A stretch of DNA of 56,411 nucleotides, the filler included, from Sphacelaria rigidula (Eukaryota), in NCBI GenBank assembly GCA_964200075.2. It is 3 parts of 3 records of this genome, joined end to end, with 100 filler letters (N's around TTAATTAATTAA, not from the genome) between each part and the next. Parts side by side here need not be neighbours in the genome. Positions count along the whole stretch, not along the records: positions 18,842 to 37,579 come from CAXNAA020000803.1; 2 more parts are not named here. The stretch is one strand, 5' to 3'. Below are positions 23,401 to 35,300 of the stretch, piece after piece (the stretch's first letter is position 1; each line of letters starts with the position of its first letter). The position numbers and the translations under genes were made by a program. The notes beneath the pieces were generated by a model. It made no database searches and had not been told where the DNA came from. It saw only the letters and a program-made list of their open reading frames with translations.

Positions 23401-25691
23401 GGACTCTTTAGATGCTGCTGCCGGAATGGGTAGGTATGACAAGCACAGCAGCAGCTGTAGCCGCCCATCTACAATCGAATGCCTCTTTGTCGTTCCCCGT
23501 TCCTTCCTTTCGCTTTTTTTATCTGATTTCATATTTTTGTGATTTGCTACCGAACTGCAGGGCAAGCTTCCGTGGCAAGGGCTTACCGCTAGGACCCGCG
23601 AGGCTCACATGGAAAAAATTCGGAAATCCAAGACCGAGGAGGTGACAGTTGCTGCATGTTTTAGGGAGTGTAGCGAGGCGTCTACGCACATGTACTCGAA
23701 TTACCGCGGCTGCTTCATGCTTCAAGCATACGTCGCCTCCGTTGTGTTTCTTGAAGGGAAGGGCGGTAGCGCACGCGACTAGTTTGAGCGGCGAAGTCCC
23801 CCATCGATCAGGACGAGTGTGAAACTACAGGAGCCCTTGCCCGTGGCGGTGTTACAACAGTGCGTGGTCTCTCGCCGCGGTCGTGTGTGCACTCTCATTC
23901 GCTCGGACGGTGCATCACACCGTTCATCCCAAGCCGCAAGTGGGGTGATTTCTACGGTTGTAGGCACTTGACGTCTCCTCTCTATCTGCTTATCTGTTTC
24001 ATATGTGTGTTCGTGATTTTTTGTACGGAGTACGTCAGTAACCTCCCCTCCCAGAGCATCAACATTATTTCCAATGTCGGTCGGCAGGTCTAGTCACTGC
24101 TATAGTATCTTGACCAACAACCTGACTCAAATTCCAAAATCTACATCCCCACTACCCCCCCCTCCCCCCCCCCTCGGCACAGACACCAGAAACACTCTGC
24201 AAGGGGCTTTCCGCTCTCGCCGAGTATCTGTCATACGTGCGTAGCCTTCCCCAGGGCGAGCCCGCGGACTACGGACGCGCCGAGCGTATATTCACCGACG
24301 GCCTTCGTCGCCGAGGTTTCCCCCCGGATGCGCCTTTCGATTGGATGAATGCCCATCACCCGTCCGCCGTCGCCGCCTTAGCAGCGGCAGCGGCGGCGGC
24401 GGCGGCCGCCAGTACTGCCGCATCGAGTGTTGGAGCCAATGGCGGCGGCTGCGGCAGCGACGGCGACGGCGGTTTACACGGAATTTCGGCAGGCGTCATC
24501 GGGGGAGGCGTGGAACGTTCCGTGGCGAAACGACCGCGGCTGGCTGTCCCAGGAAGGGGTGGTATTTTTGATGGTGGCGGTAAGGATAACGGGTCAGCTA
24601 TCGTTCGAGAGGGCTCAGAAGGGATTGCGAGAGGCGGATCTGGGGTTGGGATTGGTAGTGTTGGCGTTGTTGGTCGGGGTTTTGTCGGTCTTGGCGGCGG
24701 GCGGCGGTTCGCCGCCGCGTCCGCCGTGATGGATTTGTACGCCGACGTTCCGCCTCCCGACGAAGCAGCGGCGGCTACTGCTGCAAATGATATTGTTGGT
24801 GGTGATAGCAGCAGGTGGCGGCGATCAAGCTCTCTTGGCGGAGAAGCCGATGGTGCGGCGCCGTCGGGAGATAATGCGGCGGGTGAGAGCGGCGGCGGAG
24901 TATCCTTGCCGTCTCCCGAGAGTGGAAACACGGGGAGTAAAGTTGCGGGTCGGGGAGGCTCTCAGGGGATACAGGATGTATCCGGTCGTCGCGAAGTCGT
25001 TACTGGTGACGGGAAGATTTCACGGCGGTCTGGTAAGGTTTTTAATAACTCTGACTCCGTGGAGCCTGGTGCAGGGGTTGTCAATGGTAGCACAACCGGT
25101 GTGAGCCAGAGAGGAAGGCTGGGTAGCGATGGCGGTGAAGGGAACAACGATATCGATGTGCGCGCAGCTCTTGCGAAGCTGCGACCACACTTGAGAATGC
25201 GAGGTGCGGGGGGAAATAAGGCGGGCACCAGCAGCACGAACAAAAAGCTCCCTCGCGCGTGCGCACTGTTGGGGAACCTCATGTCGGCCAAGCTTACCGC
25301 GGAGAACGAAGGGTTGTTTTTCGAGGTGCTCTGCGATGCAGTCTCGGGCAGCGATAGGCCGCCATCGCCAGGAAAGTCGTTGTCTTCAGCAGCTGCCGCC
25401 GCTGCCGCTGCCGCCGCCACAGTATCCGCACGACATGGTGATAAGTCGGCCGGGCGATCCCCAAGGCCAGCGAGCGATGACAGTGATGTCAGGGAGCGAT
25501 GCGACCGGCGGGAGCGGGCTGGGTTGAAGGCCGACGGCGCGGCGGGAGAGGCCGTGAGACGGCTTGTAGCGGCCGCGTGCTCGAAGTCGGCTGTATTTTC
25601 GGGGCGGCGGCGAGAAGAAGTGGAGGCTTGGGGGCGGGACTGCGTTGAGTTGGAAGCGGCGGCCGCTGCGGCAGCCCATTCTGTCCCGTAG
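19027..25691 (+). CDS. Casein kinase 1 family Ser/Thr kinase (atypical, long C-terminal tail), spliced, N-terminal exons lost in the gap
   Basis: Exons 19027-19323 (VYRALE...VLAMERLGDNLMTLSQ), 20074-20202 (RFSLQTTLRLGAQMV...GYVHRDIKPENFCV), 22482-22919 (VFLIDYGLA...VGSVRYLSVAAHAG...DLESLGYVLVFLAK), 23561-23641 (GKLPWQGL...), 24183-25691 (TPETLCKGL...YLSYVRSLPQGEPADY..., tail, TAG). All phase 0 GT-AG; CK1 signatures HRDIKPENF, DLESLGY, LPWQGL. Confidence 0.9.
20452..20535. repeat. (ACT)n microsatellite
   Basis: ctactactactact... run in a kinase intron. Confidence 0.9.
22058..22465 (+). mobile_element. tRNA-derived SINE, copy 4, embedded in (CA)n
   Basis: ccggtcgccccggtggctcagttggtaacc...gggttcgaatctc; CA-rich tail; preceded by (CA)n. 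Confidence 0.85.
22963..23105 (-). repeat. Dispersed repeat, probable LINE 3'-end fragment (second copy 49985-50145)
   Basis: ggggcgtacccattcgttgcttgc...tcgtttgaccattgaccacgcatccctttcgagacgg is shared with 49985-50055; the minus frame gives a (D)VWKKRxER-like motif recalling L1/Tx1 ORF2 C-termini. Confidence 0.55.
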
Positions 25692-26052
25692 CGTGCTTGG
25701 GACGGCGAACTCTTTACACACAGTCCATAGATAGGTTTCGTAGTGATTTGCTTCTGGAGATGGTGAATTGACGGACGACGGATTAGGAATGTTCGTGTTT
25801 TCCACCAGCTTTTTCAGCTGGGCTTACTCTCTCGAGCAGTCGCTATTTTTTTGTGTAGACACATCATCCACGTTATTGGAGATTTTGGTTATTGCCATGG
25901 ATACTACCGATGTACTCTCTTTTAGTAGCGGAATGGTGAACCTGGAGCCCGTTACCAGACACGCGACACTAGATTTTCACGAAATCCGGCAGATATCGTG
26001 AAGTAAGATACAAGCATAGGAGCAAACGTTTCCAGTAAACAATGCAGTCATG

Positions 26053-26370
26053 TCCCGGTGGCTCAGTTGGTAACCTCGTAACCTTCTGACGGTTGAGTCG
26101 TGGGGTTCGATTCCCGGAGCGAAGTGGGATTTTTCTTACACCATGCCCAAAAGTGACGAGGGAAGGGGAGGGCCGAACCCCTCTCGCGATAAAAAAAAAA
26201 GAAAGGCAAGCACCGCAGAAGGAAGGTGGGGTACTAGAAACAAATGAAAAAAAAAAGCTTCTGTGTTGACCTTCCTCCTGTGTGACCCCGGCTGACGCGC
26301 CCACATATACCGACAGGTGTAGACTGGCGCCCAGAATAAATGGGACCAGAGTACACACACACAACAACAT
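26053..26370 (+). mobile_element. tRNA-derived SINE, copy 5
   Basis: cccggtggctcagttggtaacctcg...ggggttcgattccc; AATAAA then (CA)n tail. Confidence 0.85.
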
Positions 26371-27309
26371 GTACCTTGAGGTATAACGAAGTTCATGTTG
26401 AAGCGCACATCGTGACTATTTACCCAGATCGGGAACCATTTCTTAGCCTTCCGCGGTTTTGATTTTAACGGCGGACAATTTTAAGTCAATTTTACCCCGA
26501 GCTAGCGTCCAGGCATTTCATGGAAACGATGTGTCGTGCCTATTTTGCAGTTCCGACAATATCCGTCGATGTTGCCGAAATTCGTGGTTTCTCGACGGCG
26601 GGCAAAAAGCTAATCGGATCAATTGCCATTCGACCGTTCTTGTCAAGATGTAAAAATCTCATCAACATTCTGTCTGATCGGAAAATTCGGATGGTACATC
26701 GCTCTCAGGAGTGAATGCTTGACCATTTTATTCAGGGTACAGCAACTATCGTAAGATGTCCTTCGCGTCAAGACTAACCAGAGGAAACTAGAAACTGACT
26801 GCCGATGTGCAAAAGATACTTACCATGTACCCGTATCTTCACGCACACATTCTCGATTGCCCACTTCCACCGCTCGGTTCGCGTACGGTAGTGCTTGTTG
26901 ACATTATGAGCTCGGTATGTGGTTGACAATGTTTCCACCAAATTGAGGGCCTAGCATTGCTTGATTGAGAAAGAGAGTTTCATTATTCGCTCGATCTTGT
27001 CCATTTTTTACACCTTTTCTTCATTTTTTGCCTGTGTCGCATGCTTACACACCTACACATCGATATCCTACCAAGGAATATCAGAGACGTCTGTGGCAAC
27101 CCATTACAGAAACCGGATGGGAAGGTGCCTGCAGGAGCATTTCGGCAGGGGAACTATTTCAGGCATTAATCGACCATTTATTTATGGAAATATCAGGTTC
27201 CAATTTCACTCAGTTAATTTGATTTCTGCTCCGAGTAAAAGATTCGACTAACGACTCGATTTTTGCGAACTTTTTTTTGCTATGTTTTGTTACGGCGGGT
27301 ATCATTCGC

Positions 27310-28010
27310 TTATTAGGCTTGCGAGGTAGCTAAAAACACGACCGACCGGCCGGGGGGTGATACTGCAAAATCCGACTGGAATATAACCCGACTTACGTAC
27401 ACCTGGAATACGACCTATCGCCCATATCACGCAAATAACACGGGATCTTACACATTGGGGATGGATCTTATAATGGGGATGAGGAACCCGGAGAATTAAA
27501 ATTTTCATATCCACACCAAATCTTCGAAATATGAGTTCATTTCTTCACCACCTACTGATAGCTATTGACAATTGCTACACGCCATAGAAATGTGGATGTC
27601 GATCACCAAAAGTTTGGGATCCTAATTGAAAAAACAACTTTTGGGAATTTCGAGTATCCGAACGGACGCAAAAACGGTTCCGAACATGGTTTTTCACCTA
27701 GGGTCCCAAACTTTCGGAGATCGAAATCCAAATTTCTGTGGCGTGTAGCAGTTGTCAATAGCTACCAGTAGGTGAAAAAATTGAACCATATTTCGAAGAT
27801 TTGGTGTGGATACGAAAATTTTAATTCTCCGGGTTTCTCATCCCCAATATAAAATCCATCCCCAATTTGGAAGATCCCGTGTTATGTGCGTGATATGGGC
27901 GATATATCGTATTCCAGCTGTACGTTAGCCGGGTTATATTCTAGTCGGATTTTGCAGTATCACCCCCCGGCCGGTCAGTCGTGCTTTTAGCTACCTCGCA
28001 AGCCTAATAA
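27310..28010. mobile_element. Foldback/MITE: ~700-bp element that is almost entirely one inverted repeat
   Basis: ttattaggcttgcgaggtagctaaaaacacgac... pairs with ...gtcgtgcttttagctacctcgcaagcctaataa; arms can be followed for over 310 bp to about 27625 and 27700. Confidence 0.9.
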
Positions 28011-29339
28011 CAAAGCTATCAGCCACCACCTGGAGACATCTCGCTTGCAAACCAGTCAAGAGCACGCTTCTGCACGTGAAAGTGAGTCCCTGCTTGGGCT
28101 TATGATGCAGTGCTGGTCGGACTCAAGGATCTGCTATTCACGATTTCGAGGGTTACTCCTCTCGACTGCAATCGTTCACTGCAGCCAACCGCTAGCTTCG
28201 TGCTACCCCTGGCCTGGTATGTTCCTTGAGAGTGACACCAGTATCACCTCGTGATCAGACCAGGAGATGGTGACAAATAGAGAAGATAGGCAGTACTGCA
28301 TAGTCGTATCGCTGTAGAGCTGCACTGTTTCGCGTTGGGTCTGCATACGGTGTAGCGCAGCAATCGTGCTTTCTGTTTACGGTCCGCCAAGCACGTGTCA
28401 TGCGTTTTCAGATGCCGAAAAATTCTATACCGGTTGATTTCTAGAAGCAACCATGTAGCTAGACAGATCAGAGCTGTAACACGCAGCTGTCTCGTGCTTG
28501 ATATTTCCCACGCCAAAGTGGCACTGTAAGTACATCCTGTTTGCACCCTTATACACGGCCCTGCGTGTTCACGGCGTGGTAGCCCACGCACACCATCGCT
28601 ACAACAGAACGCTGCAGACAGCATGCGTTCGCTTGTACACGAGCTTGCACAGGGAAATGAGCGACTTTTGAAAATTATGTTCAAGACTCTCACTACAGTA
28701 CAGTACACATTCTCCCATAGCAGGTCTGGATGTTACAACGTGCACTCTCTGTACAAACTGCTTCGTATGCTGGAGGTGAGTGCTGTTGACCCGCTACTAG
28801 AGAATGGAGTATCATGACGCTGAAACTGCTGTAACTGGCGCATAGCTGGCAGTTGTGTGTATTGGGTGCCGGGAGGTATAGCGAGACGGCAATGCGTTCA
28901 TCGTACAGGTGTGTACTGTAAAAGAAAAAGCTCCTGTAGAGCTGGTGCCCCTGTACCTACCCATGTTAGCCAGGTACATCATCGCATGATGTTTGCACTG
29001 TACTGGGCGCGGCGGCAGTGTGTTTGCGCTGTCTGTTCCTTGGTACCAAATACTGAGAGCAAGCACAGGACTGCTCGAGAAATTGTTCAGATCATTCTTT
29101 GTGTGTTCGTATGAATTTCTGACCGGCGACCACGGAGCTCTGTGCCGGAGTCACCTTGGTGGCGAAAAATGTTCAACACCCAGCAATATATATTTGATTG
29201 ATGTGCGGCATTGTGAAAAGTCATTGTGCGGGTCAAGTTGTTTGGATTCGCTTCCGCTACCCGTCACAACAAGTTGCCACTACACTGGTATATTCACATC
29301 GGCCAACGATTCGACACAGCATATCTACTCGACAAGCGG

Positions 29340-29460
29340 TATCTTCACTTCACGTCAGGGGGCAACGTATCTTCACTTCACACCATGGAGCAACGTATCT
29401 TCACTTCACTTCACTTCACTTCACTTCACTTCATGAGGCAACCTATCGTCACTTCACTGC
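29340..29460. repeat. (CTTCA)n microsatellite and short gcaacgtatcttcacttcac tandem units upstream of the Gypsy gag
   Basis: Seen directly. Confidence 0.85.
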
Positions 29461-30183
29461 GGGGACATCGTGGCTTCTTCACGCCGGCAAATTCGGGGCA
29501 ACCAGTGCCGTTGCCTGGCAGCAGTAGGCATAGCGATTGTGCAGGATATTATATGCGGGGCTCACGCCTTGATTTTGTGTTGTCCACCCTTCAACTACTG
29601 TAGTGTTTCGTTGCGTTTGATTCCTTCCTTCGCAGAGACTTACGGTTCTGTTTTATTTTTATTTTTCTTCTTCCGTTTCGTTGGGAGGGTTTTTGGAATG
29701 ATTTCATGTATCTCATTTGTTTTTGCACAACGACCCTTATTGAATTAGTTTATGGGATATTTGATTCGTTACGCCATATTATATTTTTTGCGTTTTTGTC
29801 CCCGCTACTGTCACACCGGTGTCTCCGATCCCTGTGTGCCTCTTTTTGCTACAGTACTTTTGAAAGCAGCAACTTTCATGCGGCGCATAAGCATTGGACG
29901 ATCCCACACTAACAATACGTTCCCCCGTCCGCCCCTGCCGCTTTTGCTGTTCGATTTTGCTCACCCCGAACGCACCTGCGCAATCCTCCGACTCATGTCA
30001 TCGTCGTCGGCGTCGCACTATACCATGTCGATGGCCGGGCACTTCCTCCTTCATCGCCATCTCGCATGTGCGGACATCCATGCGTGTCTTATCACCATTC
30101 TTATTATAATTGTTCCTCACTACCTACTCATGTTGCACTGCCTCCGCCCGTTATCACATGCCGCTATTCGACGATTGATAGAG

Positions 30184-32396
30184 ATGTCTGCTCCCAACAG
30201 CCACTACGATAACCACGGTAGCAGCACCAACGCCGCCTCTGCGAACAATCTACAGGGCAGCGACTCCCACCGCCCATCAGCAGGTCGAGCAGGTGATCTA
30301 GGGGCTGCTGCGCCCCGTCACCCCTATCACCTAGGCAGCGGCGTGCTCCCCGACATCCAGGGGAGCGGCAGTGGCGGTGGCGCTGCCGGGGATCTCGACC
30401 CCCGTGCGCCCCCCCCCAGCACCGTGCACCACAGAAGCCACCAGGATCTCGACCGTCGCTCCCCATCGACGTACCACAGGCAGGGCAACCGAGACACCAG
30501 GCTCTCGAATTCCCGCTCTCGGAACCGCCACCGTTCTCGTTCCCGATCACGGACAGAGCGCACTTCGCGTTCTCGCCCCCGCCGCCACCGCTCCCGCTCT
30601 CGCTCTCGCCGCCGCCGCTACCGCCGAAACTCTCGCTCGCCCTCCCGCAGCAGGCGTCAACACTATGCCATTAGGTGGGGATCCCGGGAACGTCGCCACC
30701 ACCGGGAGGAGCACAGGGCGTACCATCAGCAGGCGGATGCCGGGTGGCTAAGGCGCTGGGGATGTGAAGCACCAGGAGCAGCAGCTGGAGCTGCGGTTCA
30801 AGATCTGGAATCTAACCAGCTAGCGAAGGTGAGCGAACGGGTACGTAGGCGTATTACGCCTGGTCGACCATGCCCAGTGTACGCAGGGCCACGTGCGGGG
30901 GAACTATCGGTTGTCGACAGCGCTGTCGTGCTGCAACACCAGATATGGTCGACGCTGCGTGCAATGGACCAGAGAGTGTTGAAAATGCCGGAGGATGAAT
31001 TCGTCAACGATAAGTAGATAACACAGACACATGAGTACTCCGCCCGCCGGCGCGAACTCCTAATCGAGCTGCTGGCAGAAACTAGTGGTACGTTCACGTC
31101 CCTAACCGCAGCGGATCGGGTAGACGTTTATCGTATCACGGACGAAACCGATACCGTCCCACATGAATCTGTTATTATAACCCACTGGCTACGGATCCTC
31201 GTCCGTGAGGAAGTAATGACGAACGGGGCCACTAAGTTCATACACGCTGCACACGACTGCATCACCTTAGGACCCAACAAGTCGCGGAGTGCGGGGGCGC
31301 AACGGGTGTTGCTAGCATTTCGCGCGAGTTTAGCAATCCCGGACCGACCATACAGTATCGCAGCCACGTATTTCTGGCGATTTATCGCCGCCCGGCAGCT
31401 AAGCGAGCTTTACGATCGTACTATCCGAGTCCTTTTACCCAACCCGGTTTAAAGGCTAGGTCTAGTTCGATCCTCCATGAAAAGACACACGCAATCTGGG
31501 CCAGGCTGCAGCCTCTGAGGAGCGAGTGACACAATCCAATGGAGTTAGCAATGTAAAGAAGGGGAGACGTAGCCAAGAGTCTTTACCAGGACTTCATATG
31601 TATCGTATGCGCCCGCAACGTGGCATACAGCGACGACAGTCACGCCCGCCCACAACTGCGTACTAGCAACCACGGCGCGGGACCTGACAGATTATTTTCA
31701 CTTGAGGAAGTAAGGAACTTGCTACAGTCGCCCGTGGAGGTCGCCGCAATGCTCCAGCAAACTAACTCGGGATCACCTCTCTCTCCCGAAGTGCCGCCCG
31801 CCCTGTCAGCCCTTGCTGCGTCCTATAGACCCCAGGCGTTCAACAACCACCTGGTGGCTTCACCGGGCTCATACAGCGTGCCCTTCATGCATCAAGGTTC
31901 GACACCCATCAACCCCGGTCCTCGTGCCACGACTCCGAGTCATGCCGCCGCACCCCGCGCGGTAGATTTGCAGCACAAACCCCCGGCACCGCCGTCTGGG
32001 AGCGCTTCGCCGTCACCAACACCCGCCGCATCCGCCCAGCCAGTTGGTCCGGCCTCGACTCCCGAGCCATCCATACCGCTGATTGCGGCGGGACGCGACG
32101 CAGTGGTCACCTTCTTACGTAATCGTAAAATCTGCTTCGGTTACACATTTATCGGCTCGTGCCGTCACCGGGGCAATACCCCTTGTCCATGGACGCACGG
32201 TATCATCCCGGCCGCACACTACAGCGGCCTACCGGCCCGCCGCAAGACGGCCATTCCCTAACGCCTGCTAGCCACGCTCACGGAGGCACAATACTTGGCA
32301 GCAATCGACCTGGGTCTCATCGGCGAAGATCACGACGACGACGGCGAGGATATGCTGAGTGCATCCGTGAACGAGGCCGCCGCTGGCGACACGTGA
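30184..32396 (+). pseudogene. Gypsy gag (RS-rich N-terminus, helical core, CCCH zinc finger), interrupted by stops and a frameshift
   Basis: ORF pieces 30184-31017, 31018-31452 and 31620-32396; the core is homologous to gag pieces of the second element (45449-45900, 42915-43200). Confidence 0.7.
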
Positions 32397-35300
32397 AGAC
32401 GCGCCCCAGGTGCAATTGACCTGGGAAACCTTCGCCGACCCAGGGCCACCACAATATCCCAACGTCGAGGAAGCCAACTTTGGGTAACGGGCGAGATCTG
32501 GCACCGACGGCGTCTCCGTCGGCCGTGGCTGACAAAAGTCTTATTGGACACGGGAGCAGGAGGTGGTAACTATATGTCAGGAGCGTTTTGGCGCAGCTTA
32601 CGCAAGTCCAATATCTTGGACGATACGCCAAACCCTGAGGCGGCATGTGTTCTCTGTGCAGCTAACCCATCCCAGAGTAAGGTCCCCCCAATGCGCATCA
32701 TCGGTTCCGTAAATGTGCCCTTGCTTTTAACCTCCGACTCACGGGTCCGTAATGTAACAGTACGAGTGGTGCAGGGCCTGCCGTACGGCTTCATTTTAGG
32801 TGCAGATTATTTCCGGTACAATAACAGTATTCTAGATTTCGCCCCAGGAAAAGGGTTTCGCCCCTCGCCAGCGGCGCCGTGGATCCCGTTCCTGACGATC
32901 AAGAATCCTACCTACCACATTCAAGATATATTAGTAGCTCCGTACACCACGACGGAAACCATCGCCTCCCTAGCTGCGCCTGCTTGTCCGTCCATCCACA
33001 ACTACCCCAGCTACTGTGACATAGCTTGGGAAGACAACAGCACCCTAGAGTGGGAGCGGTGCTTGGTCGGACAAACGATCATGCTCAGCGGCTTCCTCAG
33101 CACCGCGGTAGAAACAGCCGCGATCGGTCCTCAACCACAGGATAGGCAGCTTGTGCTTGTACTCCCACAGGCAAACTTCGATTTGGACAAGGGGGCAGAG
33201 GTGGGGATCGCGAAGGGAGTATCGTGGTGGCAGTCGGGGTCGCCGGTGTACTGCAAACTTATAAATAGAAGGAAGGAGCAGGTAGCGGTGAAGCCTACTG
33301 GAACTGTCGCGCGGATGATAGCACTGAACGTACGCGATCCCGCCAGATTTCACTCACTGTTTGAACCCCATCCGTCTACGACAGACCCCCCCGTGGACCC
33401 CCCACCCCGCGCCTCACGATCAGACGGTAGTTGCCCGGCCCAATCAAATCCTAAGGTCAACGTGAAGGACGCCACCATGGGCCAGCTTGGAGCAGCGGAA
33501 AAGAGAGAGCTGGTAAACACGCTGCTGATCTTTATCGAAGCTGGATTGTTCCCCACAGACCCCAGGCGGGTTCCCGCTTGTATCAACGGTGAGCTCGAAC
33601 TCCCCCTCACTAACGAGTCATGTACGCCATTCGCAGCTAGGCAACGTCGATTTTCCCCGGAGGAACGTCACATGATCCGCGAAGAGATACACAAGCTTCT
33701 TGATCGCAGGATCATTCGACCCTCAACCTCCCCGTGGGTAGCCCAATGCCTATGCGTGAAAAAAAAAGACGGCACCTTGCGCTTGTGCATTGATTGGCGT
33801 GAGCTGAACAAACTCTTAGTGTCGGACAGCGGGGATCTCGGGAATATGCAATCCATTTTCGACGGTCTCAAAGGTAAGCGTTACTTCACCCAACTCGACC
33901 TGGCCTCCGGTTCCCACCAAATCGAGATCGCGGAGAAAGACCGCTTCAAAACGGCGTTCCGAGATGCAGATGGCCTCTTATACGAGTTCACCCGAGCAGG
34001 CTTTGGTCTAATAGTTCTGCCCGCCGTGTTCACCCGTCGGATAAAAGGTAGGGTAGGACAGTTGGATGGGATGTTCACCTGGCTTGACGATATCCTTATC
34101 GCGACCTCATCCTGGGACGAGCATCTAGCTCTACTCGTGATCGTGTTACAACGCTTGTTGGTCGCGGGATTCTCGGTAAACTTCGCCAAGTGCATTTTTG
34201 CATCGGCGTCGCAAGAGTTTCGGGGCATGCTGGTAGATAGCAGCAGTGGCCTTCAACCCGCGCCATCCAAGCTCGCCGCCATCGCCAAAATGCCCAGACC
34301 ATCCATCGTCGAGGAATTACGTACTTTCCTCGGCCTCACAGGGTACCTGCGCCAGTTTGTTGAGAAATACAGCCTAGTAGCCGCCCCACTACCCGACCTG
34401 CTCCGCAACAAAGATTTTGCATCCAAGAGAGCACGAAAGCCGTCCATACTGTGGAATACCGAGCAGGAGGAGGCGTTCCAAGCCCTCAAAGCGGCCTTGT
34501 TCTCGCCGAAGACTCTAGCCTTCCCCGATCTCAACAACGCGTTTATACTGCAGACAGATGCAAGCGAGGTGGGGGCTGGGGCGGTGCTGCTGCAGCTGGT
34601 GGGGTGCGAAACACGCATCGTATCATTTAGCAGCCATCGATTCTCCCGTAACGACTCGCGCAGAGCACCCCTAGCACGAGAGTGCATGGCTGTCTTGTGG
34701 GCTGTCCAACACTATAGACCATACTTAGCTGGAAGAAGGTTCACGTTGATCACTGACTGTTCGGCACTCATATGGTTGTTCCGTAGCCGCGATCTCTGCC
34801 CCGAGTTACACAGGTGGGTCTTGCGGCTAATGGAGTATGACATTGACCTCCAGTGGCGGGAGGGGTCCCAACATGTGCTGCCAGATACATTGTCCCGACT
34901 CCCACACGCGAGTGAGCCACAGCCCGACATTGATGACTCCTTTCCGGACGATTTCACGTCGGGCTCGCCGACAGAATTTGTAGGCCCACAAGGACCACAA
35001 CTCGAGGGACAACGACTGTCGGAACTACAAACAGAAGGAGCGGGTAAGTCAGTGAGCGCAGACGCAAGTATACACTCATCGTCGAACTCCAACAACCCAC
35101 CGGACATCGCAACTCTGAGTGTACTCCCTTTCTCAGAATGCGCAGTCATTAACGCTGACCAACCTGTGCGCCGTTCGACTCGTGCTCGCAGACCGTCAGT
35201 ACGCCTGCAACCCCCCGATGCTGTGCACACAACACCTCTGCTCTTCACTCCTCAAGTGGTCGCTCCGAATCCGCCCGCAGAGCCGACGCCGATTGAAGTA

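Noticed and set aside
24356-25420. Long antisense ORFs over the kinase tail, and similar shadow ORFs over pol
   Set aside because: By-products of GC-rich coding sequence on the opposite strand.
15379-25691. RPL23-kinase fusion gene
   Set aside because: The two partial genes are separated by an assembly gap and the flanking exon phases (1 versus 0) do not match.
29145-29175. LTR end and primer-binding site (gagtca-cct-tggtggcg)
   Set aside because: No matching 3' LTR is visible and I cannot match it to a tRNA 3' end.
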